NCBI RefSeq assembly: GCF_001194135.2
Contig: NC_069005.1
Span: 1,066,059 to 1,101,466 of the forward strand
Origin: Octopus bimaculoides
Taxonomy: Eukaryota
Direction: 5' to 3'
Length of the DNA stretch: 35,408 bases
In this document: positions 1 to 10,423 of the stretch, piece by piece
Position numbering within the stretch: the first letter of the stretch is position 1
Layout: every line of letters starts with the position of its first letter
The notes under the pieces: generated by a model
What the model saw: the letters and a program-made list of their open reading frames with translations, nothing else
What the model was told of the DNA's origin: nothing
The model's database searches: none
Made by a program: the position numbers and the translations under genes

Positions 1-68
<68 letters not shown>
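1..68. repeat. (TG)n microsatellite
   Basis: 34 TG units read directly. Confidence 0.99.
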
Positions 69-72
<4 letters not shown>

Positions 73-135
73 TTACTTTAATAAGTCTTCGTCTTCTATA
101 CTATTTGTCATATGAGCTTCTGTTGTTTTAGATTA

Positions 136-364
136 TCAACTCTTTAGCATTCAAATTAATTTATCAAATGTAATGTTTATTTATCTACATTTAAAAAAAT
201 TAATCCTGGATTATCTCATAGCCTTGAGATTTTGATGATGTGACTGTTTATTTTTAGAATGACATTGCAGGGTAGGTGTGAGAGGCTGGATCTGATCAGT
301 TTCAACATAAAACTTGCAGAAAATATGGGCCGGATGTGGTTGGTTTAAATGCTACAAGGCTAAA
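136..364. mobile_element. Degenerate MITE with CCCTTTAGCAT-like terminal inverted repeats and TTAA-like flanks (piggyBac-type ends)
   Basis: TCAA-CTCTTTAGCATT…AATGCTACAAGG-CTAA. The same internal sequence recurs at about 7500-7577 plus 8057-8167, and at 20255-20388. Confidence 0.55.
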
Positions 365-927
365 ATGCTTGTTGTGCCGGGTGTGTGTTGTGTGTGGAAA
401 TTGTTCCGTTTGGGTCATTCTATTGAATTGACCAGCGTCTTGCACAAGATGTGGACTGTTCCTAGCAGAGCTATTTTGGGGGTGCAGTGTGTAATGTTGT
501 GAGCCCTGGTATGGTTCTCATGTTTCTTATCATCATCATCATCACCATTATTGTTGTTGTTGTTGTTGTTAATTGTGATGTTAGAAACCCTCCTCATCAT
601 CATCACTAGATTTAAAGGAGTATTATTATATTTATTATTATTATTATTATCAGTAGTAGTAGTATATTTAAAGGAGTCATGGCCCTTGGGGGCCAATAAA
701 CAAAGAATTATTTATGTTGTTATTGTGATGTCAGAGACTTTTCTCCTCCTCCTCCTCATCATCATCATTCATATCACCATGGTATTTTTTTTTTTTACCA
801 GAATGTTCCACAGCAGTTAGAGATTTACCGATATCGCTAAACCTTCCAAACTTCCTCTCTATATTAAGATTAATTTACTTCAAAAGAAGGTGTGAGATAC
901 ATGTTGATAGGGATGGAGAACTAAAAC

Positions 928-1026
928 TTTAAAAAAAAAAAAAATTTTCTTAAAACATTTAAAAAAAAAAAATTTTCTTAAAACATTTAAAAAAAAAAAT
1001 TTTCTTAAAACATTTAAAAAAAAAAA
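928..1026. repeat. Minisatellite TTT-A(11-13)-TTTTCTTAAAACA, three full units plus a partial one
   Basis: Read directly; lies in the presumptive 3' UTR. Confidence 0.9.
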
Positions 1027-1481
1027 GGAAGTGACAAAAAAGAAAGAAAACCCCAATGGAATGTTGTTTGTTTGTTTGAAACCATAATGCACCCCCCACC
1101 NNNNNNNNNNAGGAAGTGACAAAAAAGAAAGAAAACCCCAATGGAATGTTGTTTGTTTGTTTGAAACCATAATGCACCCCCCACCCACACTTTGCTTAAG
1201 TTTCTTCAAAAACCATTTATGATTTTAGTGAAAATAATTACTGACCAAATGTGTGTGTGGGTGTGTGTGTGATAAACTTGAGAGATTTAGACAAGATTAC
1301 AGACCACACACACACAAATAAAAGAAAAGAAATATAAAATAAAAATAAACAAAAGCTACAATAAATTTGTCCATAGTGTTTCTGTGAGTTATCATTTAAA
1401 ATAGTTTAAGTTCTTCACATGTACCAATTTACAGAAATTTCCAGAGAGAGAGAGAGAGAGAGGGAAAGAGAGAAAGAAGGT

Positions 1482-1750
1482 TCACCCTTGGGCATCTTCC
1501 TCGTTTTTAGGAATATCATATATTTCGGCATAGAGAGGCGGCACTTTGAGCCGTTTCCACTGAGAGCGATACCACTGTAAGAGTTCATTGTGCCAGGTGC
1601 CAAGAGTCCGCAGCTCAGGAAGTTTCATGATGGTGTTTGCATAAAGATGTTCCTCGGTTGAGTGATTGCGACTGATCTGCAGCTTAAGAGCTTCGATAAG
1701 CTTGTCTTGGATTTTCTCCACAGCCTTGGTGTTGGTGAGACCCTGGCGGT
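1482..1750 (-). CDS. E78: E78 coding exon 8: LBD C-terminus with AF-2 (DRQGL…KLPELRTLGTWHNELL…PPLYAEIYDIPKNEEDAQG*)
   Basis: Acceptor TTCATTCACAG|AC completes GAC (Asp); TGA at 1484-1482; 269 nt. Confidence 0.95.
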
Positions 1751-1890
1751 CTGTGAATGAACGTAGCAAACACTTACAATTGAGGGCAGACAAAAAGGAA
1801 GGAAACAATAAAATTTAAAACAAAACATATCATGTCAAATACACAAAGGTTTTGGAAATACCTGAACCAAATGTAAAATAACAAGACTGA

Positions 1891-2310
1891 TATCATCATC
1901 ATCATCATCATCATCATCATGCTTGCCTGGGTCACACAAAATTTGTTGAGGCAAATTTTCTCTAGTCAGATGCCCTTCCTGTCACCAACCCTCACCTGTT
2001 TCCAGGAAAGGTAATATTTCCCCCATGGTTGAACACGTCTTCACGGAAGACTGGAAATGAAGGAGGACACCACTTGTATGATGACAACATTCACTTGCAA
2101 CCATCACATGACATCAATGCAAGGAGACAGAAAAACACACACACACACAAACACGACTGGCTTTCACACAGCTTGTCTACGAAATCCACACACAGTGCTT
2201 TGGTTTGGCCAGGCTTACAGTAAATACACTTGCCTAAGGGGCCACACAGAGGGACTGAACCTGAGACCATGTGGTTGGGGAGCAAACTTCTTAACCACTC
2301 AGCCATGCCT
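1891..2310 (-). mobile_element. Near full-length tRNA-derived SINE (family A) with (GAT)n tail
   Basis: Minus-strand head has an A-box-like TGGCTGAGTGG and a B-box-like GGTTCAGTCCC, then a CCTTAGGCAAGTG core, a (TG)n middle and an (ATG)n tail. At least ten related copies occur in the window. Confidence 0.85.
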
Positions 2311-2454
2311 ATTGCCTGGCTTCTTTTTTATGAAAAAGTCTTATTTCCACTGTTTGAGGAAATGGTTTTCTGTTCAGAGATTTCTTTCAGCAACCAATAG
2401 TTTTACTCCAATTTTTTGTTTCTTTACTTCAAACTCAAATCTTATTTTTCACTG

Positions 2455-2912
2455 TTGAGCGTGGCCGTTGCCAGTACCTCCTGACTGGCCCTCGTGCAGG
2501 TGGCACGTAAAAAGTACCCACTACACTCTCAGAGTGGTTGGCATTAGGAAGGGCAACCAGCTGTAGAAACNNNNNNNNNNTTTGAGGAAATGGTTTTCTG
2601 TTCAGAGATTTCTTTCAGCAACCAATAGTTTTACTCCAATTTTTTGTTTCTTTACTTCAAACTCAAATCTTATTTTTCACTGTTGAGCGTGGCCGTTGCC
2701 AGTACCTCCTGACTGGCCCTCGTGCAGGTGGCACGTAAAAAGTACCCACTACACTCTCGGAGTGGTTGGCATTAGGAAGGGCAACCAGCTGTAGAAACTC
2801 TGCCAAATCAGATTGGAGCATGGTGTAGCCTTTGGGCTCCACCAGTCCTCAGTCAAATCGTCCAACCCATGCTAGCATGGAAAGCGGATGTTAAACGATG
2901 ATGATGATGATG
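2455..2912 (+). mobile_element. RTE-type retroposon 3' end ending in (GAT)n, partly duplicated across the 10-N gap
   Basis: …GGCACGTAAAAAG…GGAAGGGCAACCAGCTGTAGAAAC…CCAACCCATGCTAGCATGGAAAGCGGATGTTAAACGATGATGAT. Same tail as the RTE copy at 14648-15350. Confidence 0.8.
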
Positions 2913-3618
2913 ATCAATTCTTGTTTCCTTTTCTTCCTACAAATCTCTAGAAATAGATTTATTCCAGAGAGAAAAACCAAGCTATGATAACATCATTGTA
3001 ATCTGAAAACTCTGAGAAATACTTGACTCAGTGCTTCACCATTTTTAACTCATTCTTTCCTCTACAAATACTTTTGACATCCACTTAACCTTGCCTAATG
3101 GTTTATTTGAGATTCTATCAGATTCTGCACTTCAAGCCATTTCCTCAAATTGAGATCTCTCTGCCAATGACCCAGTAAATGTCATATATACAAGATCTAT
3201 CTTGCTAGCAAGCTAAGTGTGTGTGTGTGTTTATAGATATGTATGAATATGTATGTATGTATGTATGTATGAGTAGACAAATGAAAGAAAGAGGCACTCA
3301 ACATATTTTGTAGGAATTACATATATTTTATTAGTATTATTTAAAGCAGTTTGATTTGGTGCCATGCTACTTAAACTTTCACAGGCTTCTGACAGAAACC
3401 CAGCTAATTCAGACTCAAATTACTGAGTGTATGTNNNNNNNNNNNNNNNNNNNNNNNNNNNNNNNNNNNNNNNNNNNNNNNNNNNNNNNNNNNNNNNNNN
3501 NNNNNNNNNNNNNNNNNNCAGTCTGATAAGGGTACACCAGGCACATACATCACAACCATAATAATAATAATAATAATAATAATAATATTTGTGAGCTAAT
3601 GGTTGTATTAGTACTGAC

Positions 3619-3724
3619 CTGCAGTGGCAAGGACTATTCCAACAAATAAAGCAATTTCTGTATCGTTCAGGTTGAGCATGTTGAAGTTAGATGTTAATTC
3701 AAACATGGTGTTTACAAAATCCAT
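3619..3724 (-). CDS. E78: E78 coding exon 7: LBD (MDFVNTMFELTSNFNMLNLNDTEIALFVGIVLATA); absent from the ORF track
   Basis: Hand translation. Acceptor TTTTCTTTTCCAG|ATG and donor GCAG|GTCAGT; 106 nt; NLNDTEIALF motif typical of NR1 LBD helices 8-9. Confidence 0.94.
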
Positions 3725-4434
3725 CTGGAAAAGAAAACAAACATTGAAGACAAAAAAAAAAAAGAAAAAACAAAATGCACCTCAGGTTCTGACAGAAAAA
3801 TATACAAAGTTCATCTGTAACTTCTTTACATTTCCAGCTGACCAGCCCTGGTCAAACTGTCCAAACCATGCCAGTATGGACAACAGATGTTAAATGATAT
3901 AACAACTGTACCTACAATATATTAAATTTCAACTCCCCCCACTCCAAAAAACAAACAAACAGGGAAAAAAAAAAGCACAGCACCCATTACTTTCAGAAAC
4001 ATTTTTTTTCAAGCTCAGAATCGTCAAAGCATAGAATAAAGCTCTAGAGGAATAAAGAATAAAGACTAAAGCTGTTTGCATTGGTGGTTAAATGTCAGGG
4101 CACTGCATCCTTCAAAAATTTTATGCTTCACAAAACCCACCAGTTCCTGACATTCCTAAGCTTCCTTTCTTCTTGAGGACTCTTTTAATGTTCATTTATT
4201 CTGTGTACTCTAGAAAGTACACTAGAATGTACTTTTAGCTTTCATTGCTGTCCTTCTTTACTTCACTCATTACCGTTTTCTATTCCTGTTTTTAAACATT
4301 TTGCAATGAGTTGTAATGCACCTGAGTGCAGTTTATAATGAATACATTATTATTGTTGTTATTATTATTATTATATATGTCTGATTATTTGCAATGGGTT
4401 ATGAAACTCACTGGCACCAACCAAGACAACATAC

Positions 4435-4598
4435 CTGGTACACTGCCACCAACTCCTTCTTCACAATTGTACTACCATCTTCAAAAGTAAGACAGTCCTC
4501 TTGGGAATCAAAAGTCCGTGCTTGTCGGGAAAGCCACATTTCAAAGAAGCCTGATTTTATTAAGATCAATTGGTCGTCCTGAGAAAGATCTGCAAAAC
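4435..4598 (-). CDS. E78: E78 coding exon 6: LBD (GFADLSQDDQLILIKSGFFEMWL…VAVYQ)
   Basis: Acceptor CTGTCTTTTAG|GT and donor CAG|GTATGT; 164 nt. Confidence 0.95.
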
Positions 4599-4704
4599 CT
4601 AAAAGACAGAAGTGAGATGGCATGAAGGGAGACTTGGGGACAGAAACTGGAGAGAAGTTTATATTATTGGTGTTAGAAGAACTATTGTAATTTACAGGAG
4701 AGAC

Positions 4705-5330
4705 TCAGGCATGACTGTTGTAGGTGAGTGGTTAAGAAGGTTGCTTTCCAACAACATGGTCTCAAGTTCATTCCCAATACATGGTACCTTGTATTATAGC
4801 CCCAGGCTGACCAAAGCCTTCTGAGTGGATTTCGTAGACAAAAATTCAAACAAGCCCATCATGTGTGTATGTATATGTATACATATGCATTGGTATATAT
4901 ATCTGTATACATGCATGTGTATGTGTGTCCATATCCTTGTGAGTGGGTCCCACAAGCGATGTCATTCATTTTGTGAAAAACACATGTAGCCATGGGGGAA
5001 ACATTACTTTGGAAACAAGTGGGAGCTGACAATAGGAAAGGCATTCAACTGTAGAAAATCTGCTTAAACAAATCCTGTCTGACCCATGCAAGCAGGGAAA
5101 AGTGGATGTTAAAACAATGATGATGATGATGTGAGTGTGTTTGTGTTTCTTTACCTCAACACTGCATGAGAGTTGTAAATGGGTGTCACCATCATACAAG
5201 GAATATCATCCACTTCCAATCTTCCATGAAAACATGCCTGGCCATAGAGAAATAATTTACACTGCTTTGAAAGAGGTAAGGGTTGATGACAGGAAGAGCA
5301 TCCAGTTAGAGAAGATCTGCCTGAAGGAAT
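4705..5330 (+). mobile_element. Family A SINE (4705-5130) followed by a second partial copy (5131-5330)
   Basis: Head GGCATGACTGTTG…GAGTGGTTAAGAAG, B-box-like CAAGTTCATTCCC, tail GTGGATGTTAAAACAATGATGATGAT. The second copy repeats the body (CTTCCATGAAAACATGCCTGGCCAT). Confidence 0.8.
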
Positions 5331-5396
5331 TGGTGTTGGTGGTAGTGATAGTGCTGTTGTTGTTGTTGGTAGAGGCTGCATAAAGCTCTAACCTAC

Positions 5397-5538
5397 CTGG
5401 AAGTCTTTTGGCAAATTCCACAATACTTTGTATTGAAGGTGTTATAAGACTGGCTAGATTCTCCCACATCAGAAGTCGGTGTGTTTTTACTTCTTCTTCA
5501 GTCAGTTGCAGTGAGGTTGAGATCGAAATAGAGTCTAA
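5397..5538 (-). CDS. E78: E78 coding exon 5: LBD helix 3 (LDSISISTS…MWENLASLITPSIQSIVEFAKRLP)
   Basis: Acceptor TTTTTTCTGTCAACAG|TTA and donor CCAG|GTAGGT; 142 nt; EFAKRLPG signature. Confidence 0.92.
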
Positions 5539-5723
5539 CTGTTGACAGAAAAAACATTCAGACAATGAAATAGTTTCATCACATTTTTGTTTCATTACAT
5601 CTCTGTAAAAGAAAATTAACTAAATGATATATATATGTATATATATACACATACATGTGTGTGTGTGTATACATATGCAGATAGAATAGAGAGAGAGAGA
5701 GGTAAAGAGAGAGGGATACACAC

Positions 5724-5932
5724 CAAAGAGGCAGACTTGCGTTGCTGCATTTTCAATTTATCCTCAGTCAATGCACAGTTTGCCAAATGGGCCTGCGACA
5801 CACTCAATATGGTGTCGTATATCTCCAACTGTTTCTTCTCCAGTGACGTAGGGTCTTGACTTGAGTCGGCTATGCCAATACGTTGATCGTCTAAACTCTT
5901 GCTGCGTTTTGGAACCCTGCCATATCGCACAG
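5724..5932 (-). CDS. E78: E78 coding exon 4: T-box/hinge and LBD helix 1 (SVRYGRVPKRSK…ILSVSQAHLANC…KSASL)
   Basis: Acceptor CTTTACAG|CT completes the TCT (Ser) codon. Donor TTG|GTGTGT is weak but phase 0, matching exon 5. 209 nt. Confidence 0.9.
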
Positions 5933-6194
5933 CTGTAAAGAAACTTCAGGTTAATGCCAGCATAAAGTAAAAACGAAAACAAGAGATCAATTCCTCCAGA
6001 AGACACCAGCAAAATTTCCATTAAGCAGCCCACATTGATCTAAAGTGATGCAGCCATCCCACATGTTACATAAGCAGTGGATACGTGTTACACAACTTAT
6101 CCATATGTATTGTGCAAATTTTCCATATATTGTACAACTATCTCATGTATCCCACATTAGTGTATCATATAACCAGTGCTGCACAACCAGCCAT

Positions 6195-6530
6195 GGCAAT
6201 ATTTCCCCAAGGCCAGACATGTTTTTGCAGACTATTGGAAATGAACGGCACCAATTTGTGTGACAGTGGCATTCATTTACAACTATTTCAGGATGTGAAG
6301 ACAACATGACACAAACACACACATATACACCTGCACGTGCGCGCGTGTGCACACACACACATAATATAATGCACTTCTTTCAATTTCCATCTACCAATTT
6401 CACTCAAAAGGCTTTGGTCAGTTTGAGGCCATAGTTGAAGACAATTACCCAAATGCTCAAGGTTCAGCACAGTGGTGGGATTGAACACTAAACCACATGG
6501 TTGAGAAGCAAGCTTCTTAACACAACTACA
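6195..6530 (-). mobile_element. Family A SINE, 3'-truncated, in intron 3
   Basis: Minus-strand head GTTAAGAAGCTTGCTTCTCAACCACATGG and body GACCAAAGCCTTTTGAGTGAAATTGGTAGATGGAAAT. Confidence 0.78.
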
Positions 6531-6759
6531 CCTACAATAAGCACTAAATATTTAATCGTTGACCATTAATAAAAGCCAAATGTTTGTCACTGACCCCAGA
6601 CACATTTACAATCCTTGTGACATTTCAACATGCAAACTTCAACTGACCACAAAACATAAAACCATAGAAATTGGCAGTGGACAGACAACATTGAAAACCA
6701 AACATAAAACCAAGGACATTGACGGCAGCTAAACATTAATGACCAATGAATATACTTAC

Positions 6760-6901
6760 AATCTCTGGACATTCCGACAGCCAAACATTTCTTAAAGCGG
6801 CAGTACTGGCAGCGATTCCTGTTAAGTCTGATTACCATACACTTTCCATCACGTAAGCACCGGTATTCAATCTGTTTCTGAATGCTGCGTCGGAAGAAGC
6901 C
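6760..6901 (-). CDS. E78: E78 coding exon 3: second zinc finger ([47 protein letters not shown])
   Basis: Acceptor ATTTCAG|GGC and donor T|GTAAGT; 142 nt; continues exon 2 in phase 0. Confidence 0.97.
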
Positions 6902-7499
6902 CTGAAATCATGAAAAAGACCTTTTCTTTTTTACCTGTCTCTTCCTTGACCCCTCCTGGAGGGGCTTCACCATTCCACTGACCACAACTAATGCCTCATT
7001 ACCTGGACCCTTCATCAACACCCCTTTCCACTCTACCCTGACCACCACACTACTACAGTACGCCATTAATGTTATCACATGACTAGTATCTACTGCAACT
7101 AGCACACAAACCAACACCTCAGCACCACCACCACTCCTACACTACATACTATCATCAAAAACCATCCCACTCACTACCATTGTGAGGATTGAACTACAGA
7201 TCCATCTACTTCCGTACCCATGTACACAGATGTAGTTCCACTGACCAGCAAAGCAGAATAGAAGAGAATGAACCACAAAAGACAGCTATTTTGGGTTGAG
7301 GGTCTGGCAATTTTTGTAGTCAAAGGAAGGGGATGGCCAATTTGGCCATGGCCCCAAAGGGCAGCCAAATCTCATGCTATGACACAACCACTAACCCTTG
7401 AATTCTTTGTATCTATTTTAACCCCCTTAGAAACCAACCCATCTGAGATTGCCCCTAATTCTTTGACACAAAATTCCTGTTTTGTAGTAATCTTACTTT

Positions 7500-8167
7500 A
7501 CCCTTTGGCATTCAGATTACTTTGTCAAATGTAAGGCTTATTTATTCACCTTGTTTTCAGTTAATCAGGCATTATCTTTCTCTCTCTTTCTTTCTCTTTC
7601 TCTGGCGGGGTAACCATGTACCTCCTCTATAGTAAGACACCAGTTTCTGCATCTCCGTCTCTAACCTTTCATCATCTGACACAAGTTCCCCTCCTCTAAC
7701 CCAACCCTGCTCCTTCTCTCAAAATTCCTTGTCTTGCAAGTTACTTGGTGACCCTGCCAGTGCTGGTGCCACGTAAAAAGCATTCCGTCTGCACTTTAAA
7801 GTGGTTGGAATTTGGAAGGACATCAAGCTGTAAAAACCATACCCAGACTGACCTCCCTCTATGCTGGTGCCACATAAAAAGCATTCAGTTCACTCTACGA
7901 GGTGGTTGGTGTTAGGAAGGGCATCCAACCGTAAAAACCATACCAAAACAGACACAGTAGCCTGGTGTAGTCTTCTACCTGGCTGGCTCCTGTCAAACCG
8001 TCCAACCCATGCCAGCATGAAAGACAGACATTAAATGATGATAATGGTGATGATGATTGCATATTTTTTGAATGACATTGTAGGAGAGGTGTGAAAAATC
8101 AGATCTGGTCAGTTTGGACATTAAACAGCAAAAATATTTAGGCTGGACATGGCAGTTTAGATGTTAA
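7500..8167 (+). mobile_element. MITE split by a nested RTE-type 3' end (about 7610-8056)
   Basis: The MITE 5' half (CCCTTTGGCATTCAGATTAC…) and 3' half (TTTTGAATGACATTGTAGGAGAGGTGTG…) are collinear with the 136-364 copy. Between them lie (TC)n and a (GAT)n-tailed retroposon. Confidence 0.65.
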
Positions 8168-8309
8168 ACCCTTTCATCAAAATCTTATGTTAACTTGTAT
8201 TCCAAACACCAGCTTAATAAGGATTAAGCTATTTACTAAATTTTTCAGTATTTTCAAAGTTAATTGAAACAAAGACTCATGTATTTCAACAGAAATATGG
8301 CATCAAAAC

Positions 8310-8342
<33 letters not shown>

Positions 8343-8411
8343 CAGATTCTGTCCACAGACGTTCCATTAGCATTCAACAGCCAGAGCAATATTGCTGGTT
8401 GACAGACTTAC

Positions 8412-8533
8412 CTTGCAACCTTCACACGATGTTACTCCATAATGATACCCTGAGGCTTTGTCTCCACATACTTTACATGGAACAAACGTCTGTTTAGGAC
8501 TGTTAGAATCAGCTGCGAGCACATTGCTCTCTT
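8412..8533 (-). CDS. E78: E78 coding exon 2: first zinc finger (…[28 protein letters not shown])
   Basis: Acceptor TTGTTCTTGCAG|AA and donor AAG|GTAAGT; 122 nt; canonical nuclear receptor finger 1. Confidence 0.96.
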
Positions 8534-8647
8534 CTGCAAGAACAATCAAAGACACAAAAACGGAATCAAGTAAAATCAATTGAACTCAAAGACAAATTCT
8601 TTCTGTTAGTTTTTAAAATTAATTTGATATAATCATCGTTGGTACCG

Positions 8648-9165
8648 AGCTGACAGAATGATGAACATGAGACAGAATACTTAGTAGCAGCATTTCTTGT
8701 GGCTCTTTAATAAGTTTGAGTTCAAATCCCACCAAGGTCAACTTCGGCTTTCATTCTTTCGGGTCAATAAAATAAAGTCCACTCTGCTGATTGGTTGGTG
8801 TTTGGAAAGGCATCCAGCTGTAAAAATCCTGCCAAAACAGTCACCGAAATCTGGTGCAGGCTTCTGTCTGGCCAGCTCCTGTCAAACCATCCCACCCATG
8901 CCAGCATGGAAGGCGGACATTAAATGATAATGAAGATGATTATTATTATTATTATTATTATCATTAAAATGGTGAACTGGCAGAACTGTTAGCAGCATTT
9001 CGTTCGTCTTTACATTTTGAGATCAAACTCTGCTGAAATCGACTTTGCCTTTCATCTTTTTGAAGATGATAAAATAAGTACCAGTTGTGTACTGGGGTTG
9101 ATGTAAATGACTTACCCCTCCCCTGAAATTGCTGGCCTTGTGCCAAAATTCGAAACCATTATCAT
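8648..9165 (+). mobile_element. Two copies of a second SINE family (family M, MetaSINE-like core), with an RTE-type tail between them
   Basis: Shared core GACTTTGCCTTTCATC…GATAAAATAAGTACCAG and GAGTTCAAAT B-box at about 8648-8785 and 8966-9165. The MetaSINE assignment comes from my memory of the Meta domain and needs an alignment. Confidence 0.65.
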
Positions 9166-9534
9166 AGTTATTAGTAGTAGCAGAAGTAGTATTGGCAGCC
9201 TCAGCAGCAGTCATAGTAAGAAAAGTAGCAAGATACACGACATTGTTAATAAAACCCATCTTAAAAGTACATGTAACCCTAGATAGACATGGCCAAGATC
9301 TCCATAAAGAACTCACAAGATTGCAATCAGGAATGGTACCACACAGATCTATAGTGATCAATAATATTATTGATCACTATAGATCCCTCATACAAGGACT
9401 ATGCAAACCAGCATCTAATGATGAGGATGTGAGACATGAGGCTGAAGTAACTCACAGACAAGTCAGAAACCATTGAAGATTGTTACATCAAGACAGACCA
9501 AAGAAGGAAAAGTTAAACGGCTGGGAAATTAGGG

Positions 9535-9795
9535 ATCATCATCATCATCACAAACATCCATTTCTCCATGCTTGCATGGATAACGATGTAGTTTAATGAA
9601 GCAGATTTTCTATAGTTGGATACCTGTCCTGCTACTAACCCTTACTGGTTTCCAAGCAAGGTAATATATTTCCTCCATGGCCAGACATGTTCTCATCGAA
9701 TATTGGAAATGAATGACACAGCTTGTGTGACAAGTGACAATCATTTTACAACAATCATGTGACATCAAGACAAGGAGACATAAACACACACACAC
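9535..9795 (-). mobile_element. Family A SINE, 3' half
   Basis: (ATC)n then CATTTCTCCATGCTTGCATGG…CCATGGCCAGACATG…GACATCAAGACAAGGAGACA. Confidence 0.75.
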
Positions 9796-9999
9796 CTTAT
9801 ATATAAAGGAGAATAAGAAATCGAAAGCCCTTGGTACAATATTTGAAAAAATGAATAGGAATGTTTTTTTTCTAATAGATTTTTCGACTTTAATAATTAG
9901 AGGCATTTTCAGGCATCTTTGTGTCTCTTCTTTTGCTCCCCCCCACCAACAGAACATGGCACTTTCCCTTGTAGAGGGGAAAGAACTGCTTTGGGAGGT

Positions 10000-10423
10000 G
10001 GTGGTCAGCTGAATGACTGAAGCTAAACAGCAACAAACAATTCAAGTCCCACTGCATGGTTCCTTGGGCTGCGGGCTTCTACTATAGCCCTGGGGCGAAC
10101 TAATGGCTCTGAGTAGATTTGGGAAATGGAAATTGAAAGATGTGTGTGTGTGTGTGTTAACATGTTTCCTTGTCTTGAAATTATGCAACAGTTATAAATG
10201 AATGTCAGTGTCTCTTGTTTCTAGTCTTCCATGAAAACATGTTCAACCATGGGGGAAATATTATTTTGCTTGGAAGCAGGTGAAGGTTGGCAACAAGAAG
10301 GGTATCCAGTTGTAGAAAATCTACCAAAATGAATTCCACCAAATCCATGCGAACATGACAAAGTGAATGTTAAACCGATGGTGATGGTGATGATGATGAT
10401 GATGATGATGATGATGGTGATGA
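10000..10423 (+). mobile_element. Family A SINE, diverged full-length copy with (GAT)n tail
   Basis: CAAGTCCCACTGCATGGTTCCTTGGG…CTTCTACTATAGCCC…(TG)n…GAAGGGTATCCAGTTGTAGAAAATC…(GAT)n. Confidence 0.75.

Noticed and set aside
1027-1188. 74-bp direct duplication (1027-1100 and 1111-1184)
   Set aside because: The identical copies directly flank a 10-N gap, which is typical of unmerged contig overlap rather than a real tandem repeat.
2353-2798. 218-bp direct duplication (2353-2570 and 2581-2798)
   Set aside because: It flanks a 10-N gap and differs at one base that I could see (CTCAGAG vs CTCGGAG), so it is most likely two haplotypes assembled side by side.
4407-4412. Cryptic donor CA|GTGAGT 23 nt into intron 6
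   Set aside because: Its use would shift the frame; the upstream CAG|GTATGT already gives the correct LBD.
6902-6937. Donor-like CAG|GTAAAA just upstream of the exon 3 acceptor
   Set aside because: It would define a 33-nt intron, too short, and the upstream ORF has no recognisable content.
9192-9476. 94-aa plus-strand ORF spanning the palindrome
   Set aside because: No recognisable domain or splice context; its length is within chance expectation.
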